This document shows positions 1-9,210 of a stretch of DNA of 64,000 nucleotides, piece after piece. A program made the translations under genes and the position numbers. Positions within the stretch are counted from its first letter, which is position 1; every line of letters starts with the position of its first letter. Below the pieces are notes generated by a model. It was not told where the DNA came from, did not search any database, and saw only the letters and a program-made list of their open reading frames with translations. Location of the stretch: the NCBI GenBank assembly GCA_963696385.1, contig CAVOKF010000007.1, positions 384,001 to 448,000 on the forward strand, given 5' to 3'. Source of the DNA: an uncultured delta proteobacterium. Its GTDB lineage: Bacteria; Myxococcota_A; Polyangia; Polyangiales; Polyangiaceae.

Positions 1-296
1 ACGAGGTCTCCTGCTACCAACCGCAGTCGTTCGATCTCGCCTCGGAAACCAAGATCGCGCCCACGTTCGGCGTCGGCTTCCGCTTTTATCCCGCCGGCTT
101 TTGGTCGCTGGGGGTCGAGTACCGCGCCGTTCCATTTTCCTGGAACCGCGGGGGCTTCGACACGCGCGGATCGGGGCCCAACGGCGATTACCCCGACGGG
201 CAAATCAATTCTCAGGACGATACGTTCAAGTTCAACCAGTTGGTCACGGTGTCGATCGGCTTCTACTTCCCCACGGCGCCGAAGCTCACCGACTGA
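1..296 (+). CDS. 3' end of an outer-membrane beta-barrel-type protein (partial, runs off window)
   Basis: My translation of frame 3 (not in the ORF track) is ...IAPTFGVGFRFYPAGFWSLGVEYR...FNQLVTVSIGFYFPTAPKLTD*. It shows alternating aromatic beta-strands; stop TGA at 294-296. Confidence 0.6.
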   Translation, partial: EVSCYQPQSFDLASETKIAPTFGVGFRFYPAGFWSLGVEYRAVPFSWNRGGFDTRGSGPNGDYPDGQINSQDDTFKFNQLVTVSIGFYFPTAPKLTD

Positions 297-467
297 GCGA
301 GGGCGAACGTCCCGCCGGCCGTGCGGGATCCGATCGTCCGGGACGGCCTCGCTCCGAGGCTCGATCCCGCGAGCCGCGGCGACCGACGCGACCGCGCCAT
401 GGCTCAGCTGACCTGGATGGACCCCTTCCGGGCCCTTCGCTCGAACGATTCCGCCGGCACGGCCCCA

Positions 468-1211
468 TCAGGGGCTACGTTTGACCACGCGACCGGCGCC
501 GTCCACCGTGTACGGCGACGGCAGGGCCCGACGAGCGGCGTCGCGCTGATCGGCCGCGATCGTCCACGCCCGTGCCGCCAGACCTTCGGCGATGCGGGTG
601 CGCACGCGGACACTCTCCTCGTCGAGCAAAAGCACCGTGAGGGGTGCCGTGCTCGCCGCATCTTCTTGAGCCAGAAGCGTCGAGACCGCGTGAAAGCGCG
701 CGGGCTCGTTCACGTCGTGGAGAAACCGCTCGACCTGATCGCGAATGCCGGGATGCCGGTGATCCTCGAGCGCTCTCAAGATTTGCACTTTGGGATCCAC
801 GAACTTTTGGTACTCGGTGTCCCATCTCGAAAGCCAGCGGAGCAGCTCTTCGACGTACTCGTTGTCGTCGGCGAGCTCTTTCAAGATCTTCACGGGCCAC
901 GCCAGGCTCTCGGCCTTGTTGGCGAACGCTCGCACCGGTTCGATCGCAGCATGCCCCGCGCGAAGGACCCCGCGAAAGGCCGATTCCTTTTCTTCCTGAT
1001 CGGTGATCGACGGATCCATCTGAAACGTAAACCGCTTGAGCAGAGCCTCCGCCGCCTCGGCGGTGCCCATTTCGGCGAGCGCCTGAATCGCCTCCTGCCT
1101 GTCGTAGTTCTGGACGCGCTTCTCGATGCGATCCGCCCATTTGGCTGCCGGATTGATCTTCACGCGCGGCTTGGGTGGCGCGCCACTCTTGAATCGATCG
1201 AAGAGACCCAT
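468..1211 (-). CDS. HEAT-repeat protein
   Basis: MGLFDRFKSG start; helical repeats DRQEAIQALAEM, RFHAVSTLL, DEESVRVRTRIAEGLA. Confidence 0.75.
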   Translation of the reverse strand: MGLFDRFKSGAPPKPRVKINPAAKWADRIEKRVQNYDRQEAIQALAEMGTAEAAEALLKRFTFQMDPSITDQEEKESAFRGVLRAGHAAIEPVRAFANKAESLAWPVKILKELADDNEYVEELLRWLSRWDTEYQKFVDPKVQILRALEDHRHPGIRDQVERFLHDVNEPARFHAVSTLLAQEDAASTAPLTVLLLDEESVRVRTRIAEGLAARAWTIAADQRDAARRALPSPYTVDGAGRVVKRSP

Positions 1212-1338
1212 GACTTGCTTTCCCGGTACCCCGGATCGGCCGCGCGGCAAACGCTAGTCTGCCCCTCACCGGACCGAACGCAAAGAGCCGACCGCCGACT
1301 CTACCGCACGCTGATACATACGCGGACGGCGCCGATCC

Positions 1339-2770
1339 TCAAGGCAGGGGCACAGCGATCAGAACGACCTCTTTGTTCCGGGACTGAACCTGGTAACGCA
1401 CGGGCCGACCGTACTTCTGCTCCGCGTCCGACTCCATGTTTTGGATGCGGGCCGTGAACGTCGCTTCGCTGACGTGCTCGGTCGATTCGCCGATGGCGTT
1501 CTTGGCCGCCACGTACTCGGCGTAGATCCGGGCATAGTATTGCGCCGCGGGCTCGGCGGCCAGGGCCTGAACCTGATCGGTCGCGATCCCGCCCGACGTT
1601 TGATCGTCCAGGGCCTCGGTGTAACGAGATGGGTGGCTCGATACGGAGACCCGGCCTTCGGCGTCGGTGGTGTCCTCCTCGACGCCCATCAGCTGATTGA
1701 GCAGTTGATCGATGCGAAATGCGAGCCCGCCGAGCTCCGAATGTTCGAGTTCGAAGCGCTTGTCGGTCTGCCCGTTCAGGATGGCGAGAAGCCCTTCCTC
1801 CAGCATGTTGATCGGCCTCGTGATGTAACTGCCGAGCATCCAGCTCGCGACGACGACGAGGACGATTCCCATCGCGAGCGCCCCGAGAATCGGCAAGAGA
1901 ACGAACATCGTCGGGTCTGCGATGAGCGACGCGGGCGCCGCGACGACGATGAGAGCTCGCTGCCCTTCGCCAAAAGCGGCGAGCGGCGCGGCCGCCATGA
2001 GCAGAATCGGCCTCCCTTATCACGTCGGTTTGCTGATGACCGAGCGCGTTCTTGAGCATGTCTTTGGAAGCGCTCTGCACGCCCTCGTCGAGCTGCGCCG
2101 CCTGCAGGGCCGAATGGCCCACCACTTCGAATCCGTCGCCTTTCGGAACGACGAGCACGATGGGCCGTCCGGTGGTCGCCTCGCTGACGCGCGACAGCGT
2201 GTCGTTCAGAGGGCGCCCGATGACGAGGCTGCCGACAATCTTGCCTTGATCGTCTCGGACCGCAACGTACGATGCGAGGTAGCGATCGCGCTCGTACCAC
2301 ACGTCGGAGCCGGATTGCCCGGTCCGCAGCGTGGCGGAAAGACCGCTGTTGGCGCTCGCCAGGTCGTCGCCACGACTGAGGCTCGAGTTGTTGCGCCCGA
2401 CGATCCGGCCGTTGGCGTCGACGATGGCGACCAGCGTCGGCACGTTTCGGTCGAACAAGGAAGCGTTCTTCATGCGGCTGACCAGGGCATCGCACTGCGT
2501 CGTCGCCGCATCGCCCCGGGCCGTCGCCGTCGCCTTGCTCAACGCATCCAACGTCGCAGCCTCGGAGGCCGCCGCGGCGAGCCAACGCTCGGCTCTCAGC
2601 CCATCGAGCTGAAGGCGGCTGGCGGCCCCGTTCGCGGCGTCTTCGGCTTGCGCCGAGAGCTCGTCCTTGTTGCCGGTCGCCGTGCCGAGTGCAGAGCGCA
2701 CGAGCAAGAACGACAGCAGAGAGACGATGACCACGATCAACGAGTTGACCGCGATGAGCTTGATTCGCAT
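1339..2770 (-). CDS. MXAN_5187-family membrane protein (TM-Cache-like-TM-HAMP-C-terminal domain), frameshifted near 2005
   Basis: ORF 1301..2770 gives the N-terminal TM and periplasmic part. ORF 1339..1998 gives the second TM, a HAMP-like ITRPINMLEEG...ELGGLAFRIDQLL, and the C-terminal YAEYVAAK...RYQVQSRNKEVVLIAVP. Confidence 0.65.
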
Positions 2771-2944
2771 TGGCTCTCGGAACTCCTCCCCGCAAACCCC
2801 GCACTCGGACGCGCGCTACGTTACCAAGATCAGGCCCACTCGACCTCGAAAGAGACAGGCGCCCTCACGCGCTGCCGCTTTCACTCACCAAAAACGCTAT
2901 CATTCGCCCACCGACGGCGGCAACATGCGTGTAGGCGGCGGCGC

Positions 2945-3979
2945 ATGACTCCGGAAACCGCGCCGCCGCTCGCACTGGTCGTCGACGAGCCACGGTTCGA
3001 TCGGCACGTGCCGACGGGCCACCACCCGGAACGTCCCGAGCGGCTCGTCGCCGCGCGCGACGCTCTGGCTCGGACGTCGGTCCGCTTCGAGCGCGTGCCG
3101 GGGCGGGCCGCGACCGACGAGGAGCTCGGCCGAGTGCACCGGCCGAGTTTTCTCGCCGCGCTGTCGAAGCTACGCGGCCGAAGCGGGTACGTGGACCCGG
3201 ACACGTACGTGTCGCCCGACAGCGTCGACGTGGCGGTGTGGGCCGCGGGCTCGCTCGTGGCGATGGTGAACGCGATCCTCGACGGCCCCGTGTCCAAGGG
3301 CATCGCGTTACTGAGGCCGCCCGGCCACCACGCGCGACCCGCGAGCGCGATGGGGTTTTGCCTCTTGAACCATGTCGCGATCGCGGCCGCCCACGCTCAG
3401 TCCCGGGGCCTCGAGCGAATCGCCGTAGTCGATTGGGACGTGCATCACGGCAACGGCACGCAAGAGATCTTCTGGCGCGATCCGCGCGTGCTCTACGTGT
3501 CGACGCACCAGTTTCCCTGGTATCCGGGAACCGGGGCGGTCGACGAGATCGGCGAGAACGAGGGCCGAGGTTACACGGTGAACGTGCCGCTCGCGGCGGG
3601 TGGGGGCGACGCCGTGTACGCCAGCGCATTCGAGCGCATCGTGCTGCCGGTGGTCGAATCGTTTGCGCCCGAACTCGTTCTCGTGAGCGCCGGATTCGAT
3701 GCGTCGGCACGCGATCCTCTGGGTCAAATGGATCTGTCGCCGGATGCATTCGGATGGATGGCACAACGGCTTTCGCAGATCGCAAGCGGCTCCGCCCAGG
3801 GGCGCATCGCGCTCGTGCTCGAGGGTGGCTACGATCTGGTGGCGCTCGAAGCCGGGATCGCGAAGGCCATCGACGGATTGGTGCTCGGACGAGCGGCCGA
3901 CTTGCCGCGCGCCGATGACGACGAGGGGATCGATCGCGCAGCGCGAGTCGCGCAGCAGAATTGGAAAGCGGTCGGTTAG
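2945..3979 (+). CDS. Histone deacetylase family (Zn-dependent amidohydrolase)
   Basis: Motifs HPERPERL, RPPGHHA, GFCLLN, DWDVHHGNGTQ, SAGFD, LEGGY. Confidence 0.95.
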   Translation: MTPETAPPLALVVDEPRFDRHVPTGHHPERPERLVAARDALARTSVRFERVPGRAATDEELGRVHRPSFLAALSKLRGRSGYVDPDTYVSPDSVDVAVWAAGSLVAMVNAILDGPVSKGIALLRPPGHHARPASAMGFCLLNHVAIAAAHAQSRGLERIAVVDWDVHHGNGTQEIFWRDPRVLYVSTHQFPWYPGTGAVDEIGENEGRGYTVNVPLAAGGGDAVYASAFERIVLPVVESFAPELVLVSAGFDASARDPLGQMDLSPDAFGWMAQRLSQIASGSAQGRIALVLEGGYDLVALEAGIAKAIDGLVLGRAADLPRADDDEGIDRAARVAQQNWKAVG

Positions 3980-4121
<142 letters not shown>

Positions 4122-4212
4122 TCCACGTGAACATCGAGAGCGGTCCTCGCGCCAGGCTTGGGGCCTGGCACTGCGGCCGCACCGTGCGGCGACCTTTCAG
4201 CGGGTCGTTTGT

Positions 4213-4411
4213 CTGAAGACTGATTCACTTCTGCCGTTCCAACGACTCGACGCGTACAAGGTCGCGAAGGAGCTCGCTCGTCGCGTTCACGAGGTGCACA
4301 TCGGCCGTCGATCTCGCCGAGGCGATCGGCGCTCTCGGGGCGGATGCCACGGGCGAGCTGTTGGCGCTCGCGATCCGTCTCAAGCGGATGATTCGCGCGT
4401 TGCATCGCTGA
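4213..4411 (+). pseudogene. Four-helix-bundle (bAvd/23S-IVS-like) gene with an out-of-frame internal deletion
   Basis: N-terminal LPFQRLDAYKVAKELARRVHEVHI is joined near 4303 to a C-terminal AVDLAEAIGALG...AIRLKRMIRALHR* in another frame. Both parts align by eye with the intact paralog at 4463-4801. Confidence 0.75.
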
Positions 4412-4462
4412 CCGGTCGCGACGGGACGGCGCGCGGTGGACGCCGCGGGCCGCCGTTGGCTG

Positions 4463-4801
4463 TCACCGAATGAGCCGCGTCGTCATGGCGACGAACCGGT
4501 CCGCATGCGACAGCACTGCGTTGATTGCCTCGCCGCTCGCGTCGCCCGCGGCGATGGCGATCTCGACCGCCGCGGCCGCTTCGCACGCCTCCGCTCGCGC
4601 AATCGCGAATGCACGCGCCTTGTCCGCGGGACTCACTCGACCCGCGGCTTCCGCCGCGTTGAGACACGCGCTCTTGGCCGCGCGCATCGCCTGATCCCGC
4701 AAGTGACTGTCGCGAATCCGAGCCTCACGAACCGCCGCGAGAAGTTTCATCGCGACGCCGTACGCTTCGAGTTTGTGGTGGGGGAGCCGAGTGTCCTGCA
4801 T
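4463..4801 (-). CDS. Four-helix-bundle protein (bAvd / 23S rRNA IVS protein-like family)
   Basis: MQDTRLPHHKLEAYGVA...LRDQAMRAAKSACLNAAEAAGR...AFAIARAEACE matches the family pattern L.AY..A / DQ..RA..S..LN.AE..GR / F.IAR....E; an AAAGGA RBS precedes the ATG. Confidence 0.9.
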   Translation of the reverse strand: MQDTRLPHHKLEAYGVAMKLLAAVREARIRDSHLRDQAMRAAKSACLNAAEAAGRVSPADKARAFAIARAEACEAAAAVEIAIAAGDASGEAINAVLSHADRFVAMTTRLIR

Positions 4802-4845
4802 GGGCCGTGTTCCTTTCGCCCCGTCGAAGGAACACGGCCCATGCA
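4797..4845. promoter_or_regulatory. Perfect 19-bp inverted repeat covering the RBS and start codon of the four-helix-bundle gene
   Basis: TGCATGGGCCGTGTTCCTT (4797-4815) pairs with AAGGAACACGGCCCATGCA (4827-4845), 11-nt loop. Confidence 0.85.
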
Positions 4846-4881
4846 TCCGAAGACCGCCAATCGAACGAGCGACCCCAAGGT

Positions 4882-4923
4882 TGCAACCTCAATGACGCCG
4901 CAACGCGGCGGCATGAGGTTGCA
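4882..4923. repeat. Second inverted repeat upstream of the four-helix-bundle gene
   Basis: TGCAACCTCA pairs with TGAGGTTGCA, with an inner CGCCG/CGGCG stem. Confidence 0.75.
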
Positions 4924-5108
4924 CGTAGCGAGACGCGGCACCGAAATGGGCCTTCCTTGACCCGCTCGATCCAGGATGCCTTTGGGCTGGTGAGCGTCTG
5001 CCATTCCTTGGGTCACTTCCGCTTCTCCGCTTGTCTGACACCCTACGAGAAGCGGCTCCCTTCATCCGTGCTCTCGTGCGGCGAGACGCGCCGCTTCGGC
5101 GCGTGCGA

Positions 5109-5501
5109 TCAACACGCGACGAGGGTCAGCTTCGCGTCGATGCGGGCCAGGTCCTCTGGGTCGCTTGTCACGACCGTCGCGTGTTGACGCCGCGCCAGAA
5201 GGACGACGCTTGCGTCCACCACGTCGCTCACGCCTGCCTTGCCGCAGAGCGCGCCAGTCGCCTGAGCTTCTGCTCGATCGAGAGACTGCACCTGCAAGAT
5301 GCCCGAGCCGAGCAGGCGGGCGAGGCGAGCTTGCCGGCTGCCGTCCCGCCAGACCTGCGCGACGACGCCCCCCGGAACATGGAGAGCGGCGCCGTGGGCC
5401 ATGGCGAGCTCGACAAGCGTGCGGACCTTCCAATCGTTTCGCTCGAACGCGATGAGCGCCCCCGCGTCGAATACTAAAGACCGAGCACGGCGCGCGCCCA
5501 C
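5109..5501 (-). CDS. PIN-domain (VapC-like) toxin
   Basis: LVFDAGALIA...VVAQVWR...DVVDASVV...VVTSDPEDL, the acidic PIN motifs; start codon (GTG) inferred. Confidence 0.85.
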   Translation of the reverse strand: MGARRARSLVFDAGALIAFERNDWKVRTLVELAMAHGAALHVPGGVVAQVWRDGSRQARLARLLGSGILQVQSLDRAEAQATGALCGKAGVSDVVDASVVLLARRQHATVVTSDPEDLARIDAKLTLVAC

Positions 5502-5701
5502 GCTTGCTCCTCGGAGGTCGCTGGCCCGTTTTCGGCCTTCATCTCCGTCAGCAGCGCTGCGAGATCCTCGCGCCGCGCCTTCTCCTCCATCGCCGCATCG
5601 ACCCAGGCGCTGACCGATGTGGCCCGACCACGCCGGACCTGCCGCTCGGCTTTCGCTAGCACTTCCCGTCTCACGGTGACGGTCACGCGCGCCTTGTGCA
5701 T
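5474..5701 (-). CDS. Ribbon-helix-helix antitoxin
   Basis: 75 aa, KARVTVTV...SVSAWVDAAMEEK; overlaps the toxin start. Confidence 0.8.
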   Translation of the reverse strand: MHKARVTVTVRREVLAKAERQVRRGRATSVSAWVDAAMEEKARREDLAALLTEMKAENGPATSEEQAWARAVLGL

Positions 5702-5872
5702 ACGAATATCTTACTCGCGTCCCGAGTTCCCGCAACAGGCAACACGCGAAACTGGCGACGCGAACCTCGGGGCCCGTCGCCGGTGAACGAGCCCCCGCCG
5801 CGAAGGCGCCACAACGACCGCCACCTGGCAAGGCGAAGCTCGACGCTCATGCGACCGGAGATAGACCGGAAA

Positions 5873-6613
5873 CTATCGGGTCTCGGCGATGCGCGCTTTG
5901 ATCAATTCGCGGACGAGGCCAAGAGGCAGCGGCTTGTCAGGACTGAAATGAAGGGCGCTCTTGGTCTTGCCATAGCCTCGGAGATGCGCGCCGAGAGTCT
6001 GCAGCGTCGTTCCACCGAAGGGGTAGTAGGAACAGCCCTTCGCCGTCGCCTGGAATCCCGCGATGACGTTTCCGTCCAGGCGAAACGCCGGCATCCCGTA
6101 GCTGATGCACTCCTCAGCTCGAGGAACGATGGACCGGATCGTCCGCCGAAGCTTGTCGAGCGCCGCGCGTTTGTCGACGGTGACGGTGGCCAGGTACTCG
6201 TCGACCTTAGTGGACCGCACCTGCGTTTTCTTCAACTTGAGCGGTTCCTTATCTGGGAACGCCAGACCGCGTCGTACCCAGCGTGCGAGCGAAGCGCGAT
6301 CTCTGATCCCGTCCGGCGACACGTAGACTAGGCCTTTCGATGGCTTGCCGGTGAAGTCGAAGGATCGCGCGTGTGGCCGCGCGAGAGCCTCGGCGTACTG
6401 CTTTGTTCCTACGCGGACGATGAGGTCGACCCCGAGGACACCGCAGCACATGGCTTCGCCCACCATGAAGCAGAGGCCACCGAACATCTTCTTCTCGACC
6501 ACGTTCTCGTGGGCCGCAAGAAGGGTTCGTAGCCGGGCGGCAAGCGTCTCGTCGTAGCTCAGGCAACCTCCCTTGCGAATCTGCGCCATCGCTTCGTGAT
6601 CGCACCTTTCCAT
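5873..6613 (-). CDS. TfoX N-terminal domain fused to a DUF1801/YdhG-like domain
   Basis: EKKMFGGLCFMV...MCCGV (TfoX_N), then VDEYLA...LRRTIRSIVPRAEECISYGMPAF (DUF1801). The true start may be CTG at 6562, after GGGAGG. Confidence 0.8.
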   Translation of the reverse strand: MERCDHEAMAQIRKGGCLSYDETLAARLRTLLAAHENVVEKKMFGGLCFMVGEAMCCGVLGVDLIVRVGTKQYAEALARPHARSFDFTGKPSKGLVYVSPDGIRDRASLARWVRRGLAFPDKEPLKLKKTQVRSTKVDEYLATVTVDKRAALDKLRRTIRSIVPRAEECISYGMPAFRLDGNVIAGFQATAKGCSYYPFGGTTLQTLGAHLRGYGKTKSALHFSPDKPLPLGLVRELIKARIAETR

Positions 6614-6811
6614 TCTCCGCCCACCCTTATGCGTAGACGGTTATCCAAATGCATCGCTCCCTACAATTCCCTTTCCAACGGTGGACCATGGGACTCGTGC
6701 TGGGCCCGCCTGTACACTGCCGTTGCGGACATCATTCAAAAGCATTGCGACGCAGTTCGCGAATGAGGGGCTAGAGCGCCGCCGATGGCTCAACTTTAGC
6801 ACGCGAGCTTC

Positions 6812-6827
6812 CCGACCCCGACCCCGA
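6812..6827 (+). repeat. Short GACCCC array (about 2.5 units)
   Basis: cccgaccccgaccccgac just past the stop of the MBL gene. Confidence 0.55.
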
Positions 6828-6832
6828 CATAC

Positions 6833-7705
6833 CTACCGCTTCATCCTCGCGACAAGCCTCTCTATCTCCGAGCGCATCCCTCGGGCCGGCGCGCGAAAAC
6901 GCGGGCCGTGGCCTGGCAGGACCCATTCGAAGTCGAACGCGAGGAGCTTCTCCATCGAGCGCGTTTGCTCGGCCCACGAGTACCAGCACACCCCCGCCCC
7001 CGCCTCCAGCCGCTTCCCATCCTCGCTGCCCCACAGGTGGTCCCCCGTGAAGAGAAAGGTGCCGCGGAACAGGAGCACCGCGCTGCCGCGCGTGTGACCC
7101 GGAGTAGGGATGGCGAGCAGATCGCTGGCGAGCGGTACCGGCTGGTCGCCTTCGATGCGGCGCTCGACCTCGCGCGTGTCAGGACCGACGTCCCGCGCGT
7201 GCAGGACGCGCTCGCACTTGAAGCGGCTCGCATACCTTGCATGATCCGCGACGTCGTCGCGGTGCGTGAGGAACATCGTGCGGATGCCCCCGAGGGCCTC
7301 GACGCGATCCATGAGCGGGCGCGCCGCGCGCGGTGAGTCCACGAGGACATTGCCCGCCTCGCGCCGCACGAGGTAGCTCGCCGCGCCGAACGAGCTCTCG
7401 GAGGTGTATCCGCAGTAGAAGACGTCTGGCGCGATGGCGTCGGGAAGCGCGTCGATCGCCTCTCGCAGATCCAACTTGCAGGCCGTCCCGATCGCGCTCG
7501 TCGGACACGACACGATTGCCATCTTCGCGCGCAGCTCGTCCTCGGCGGACGCCGGCTGCCGCCGCACGACCGACAGCCCCAGCCTGTCGGACCGCTCGAA
7601 GACGCGGGGAGCCAGGATGCGGCAGGTTTCGCAGTCGATGCAGGCATCGTCGACAAAGAATTCGCCGGGGGCGTTCTCGCTCAGGCGTGCCGAAGGCCGG
7701 GCCAC
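6833..7705 (-). CDS. MBL-fold metallo-hydrolase with N-terminal ferredoxin (4Fe-4S) domain
   Basis: CIDCETC...CP, then THRDD, PGHTRGS, FTGDHL, LPGHG. Confidence 0.9.
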   Translation of the reverse strand: MARPSARLSENAPGEFFVDDACIDCETCRILAPRVFERSDRLGLSVVRRQPASAEDELRAKMAIVSCPTSAIGTACKLDLREAIDALPDAIAPDVFYCGYTSESSFGAASYLVRREAGNVLVDSPRAARPLMDRVEALGGIRTMFLTHRDDVADHARYASRFKCERVLHARDVGPDTREVERRIEGDQPVPLASDLLAIPTPGHTRGSAVLLFRGTFLFTGDHLWGSEDGKRLEAGAGVCWYSWAEQTRSMEKLLAFDFEWVLPGHGPRFRAPARGMRSEIERLVARMKR

Positions 7706-7725
7706 GACGAAGGCCTAATCGCTCA

Positions 7726-8157
7726 TTATGGGGCGAGGTTCACAACGTCCGGACTGATCTGAGTCAAGTCAGGCGCGTTGGGATAAATGCCGAAATCCGT
7801 GACCTGGTAGGTCTGCGCGTCTAGGGTCAGAGTGAAAGCATCGCCCTGCGGGGGAGATGCGCCGGGCGGGAAGCTACAACTGTTGCATGTAAAAGGACCG
7901 CCCGTCACTTCGATGACATATACCGGCACGTGATCGTTGACGATATCACCGCTAATGATCTCTTCAGCCAGCTGATGGTCAGGGGAATACACCGCAAGCA
8001 TTGTCTTCGGCGACGGTACCCCGTTTGCTGACGAGGTCTGCAAAGCCAAAGCTCGGAGCTTGGCCCTCACGCTCGGGTCTGCCAGGCCCCCCTGATCGTT
8101 CGGTCCGCACGCGCCTATGGCAGCGAGTGTCAGCCATACGGCCAATTTGACGCGCAT
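7726..8157 (-). CDS. Hypothetical lipoprotein, visibly lower GC
   Basis: Lipobox-like LAAIGAC; internal CxxC. Confidence 0.6.
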   Translation of the reverse strand: MRVKLAVWLTLAAIGACGPNDQGGLADPSVRAKLRALALQTSSANGVPSPKTMLAVYSPDHQLAEEIISGDIVNDHVPVYVIEVTGGPFTCNSCSFPPGASPPQGDAFTLTLDAQTYQVTDFGIYPNAPDLTQISPDVVNLAP

Positions 8158-8385
8158 AGCCCAAGCATACGCTGGGGGGTGAGACCCGCCAGTCATAAAG
8201 AACGAACGCAGCCCAGGGCAACCTTGACCCAATGGTTAATACCAGCCGGGGTCTTCGGTGTTCCTGTGGCCCGCAGGCCGCTCGTGGCCGCCGGCGACCC
8301 TTCATCCTCGTCCCGCGACCCTCCATCGGAAATGACGGGAGCTCGCGCCGAGGCGGTGAAACAAAGGACCAAAGGAGGTCTCGAC

Positions 8386-8946
8386 ATGTCCCGTCCCCTT
8401 TTCCTTGCTTCGTTCGCCCTCGTTCTCGCACTCGTCACGTCTGCGGCCGGCTCGGCTCGCGCGCAGGAGGAGACCGTCCCCTGGCGCGCTCCGAACGGGG
8501 GGGCCGTGAGCATCAGCTACGCGAACGGTCTGTGGGGGAGCGACTTTGCGCAGGCGCTCGTCATCAAGCTTCCCTTGCACCCGCACTTCGGCTTCGTGCT
8601 CCGGCCGATGGCCGTCTATGAGGCGTCGTCGCGCGTCGACATTGGGGGCCGCGTCGAGCTCTACGGAGCGTCCCCCGTGTTTCTGAACTTCGCCCGCATC
8701 TACGGCGGCGGCGGAGCGCAGGTCTTCGACGCGGTCGCCGGACTGCCGAACGCGAAACCAACCTGGGGAGGCGGAGGCCACTTCGGCTTCGAGTTCTTCT
8801 GCACGCCGCGCAGCTCCTTTTTCATCGAGATCGGGGGCACGTCCCCGCTCCAGGGGAGCGTCGGCGGCGGAGGCACGGCGGTCGCCGGCGTGACCTTCTA
8901 CCCGTTCGCGTCGTTCGAGCCTCCCGTGCGCACGGCTGCGCGCTGA
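8386..8946 (+). CDS. Secreted outer-membrane beta-barrel-like protein
   Basis: AAAGGAGG RBS, signal peptide ending ARA-Q, amphipathic Gly/aromatic strands, C-terminal GVTFYPF. Confidence 0.65.
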   Translation: MSRPLFLASFALVLALVTSAAGSARAQEETVPWRAPNGGAVSISYANGLWGSDFAQALVIKLPLHPHFGFVLRPMAVYEASSRVDIGGRVELYGASPVFLNFARIYGGGGAQVFDAVAGLPNAKPTWGGGGHFGFEFFCTPRSSFFIEIGGTSPLQGSVGGGGTAVAGVTFYPFASFEPPVRTAAR

Positions 8947-9210
8947 CCCACGCTCGCCCGTCCGAGCCCGTGACGGCGCTCGAGTCTGCATCAGAGTGCG
9001 CCGATGCCCTCCGAACCCGATCCCGGCGCCTGGCCTCGGGCCGTCCGCGCGGCGGCCCTGCGCGCGCTGGGCATGGGGACCGTCCTCGCCGTGCTGTCGG
9101 GGGGAATCGTCACGCTGGCGCGCGGGGTGGTCGTCGGAGTTACGTCGGCCGCGCTGTTCACGGCGATCGATGCGCGAGCCGACATGCCCGGCAAGTTTTC
9201 TCGCAGAGCC

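Noticed and set aside
1922..2944. N-terminal extension of the histone deacetylase (685-aa ORF)
   Set aside because: It is mostly the antisense of the MXAN_5187-like gene; deacetylase similarity starts at ATG 2945.
4463..4801. 23S rRNA intervening sequence
   Set aside because: No rRNA sequence flanks the gene; the family name does not imply that location.
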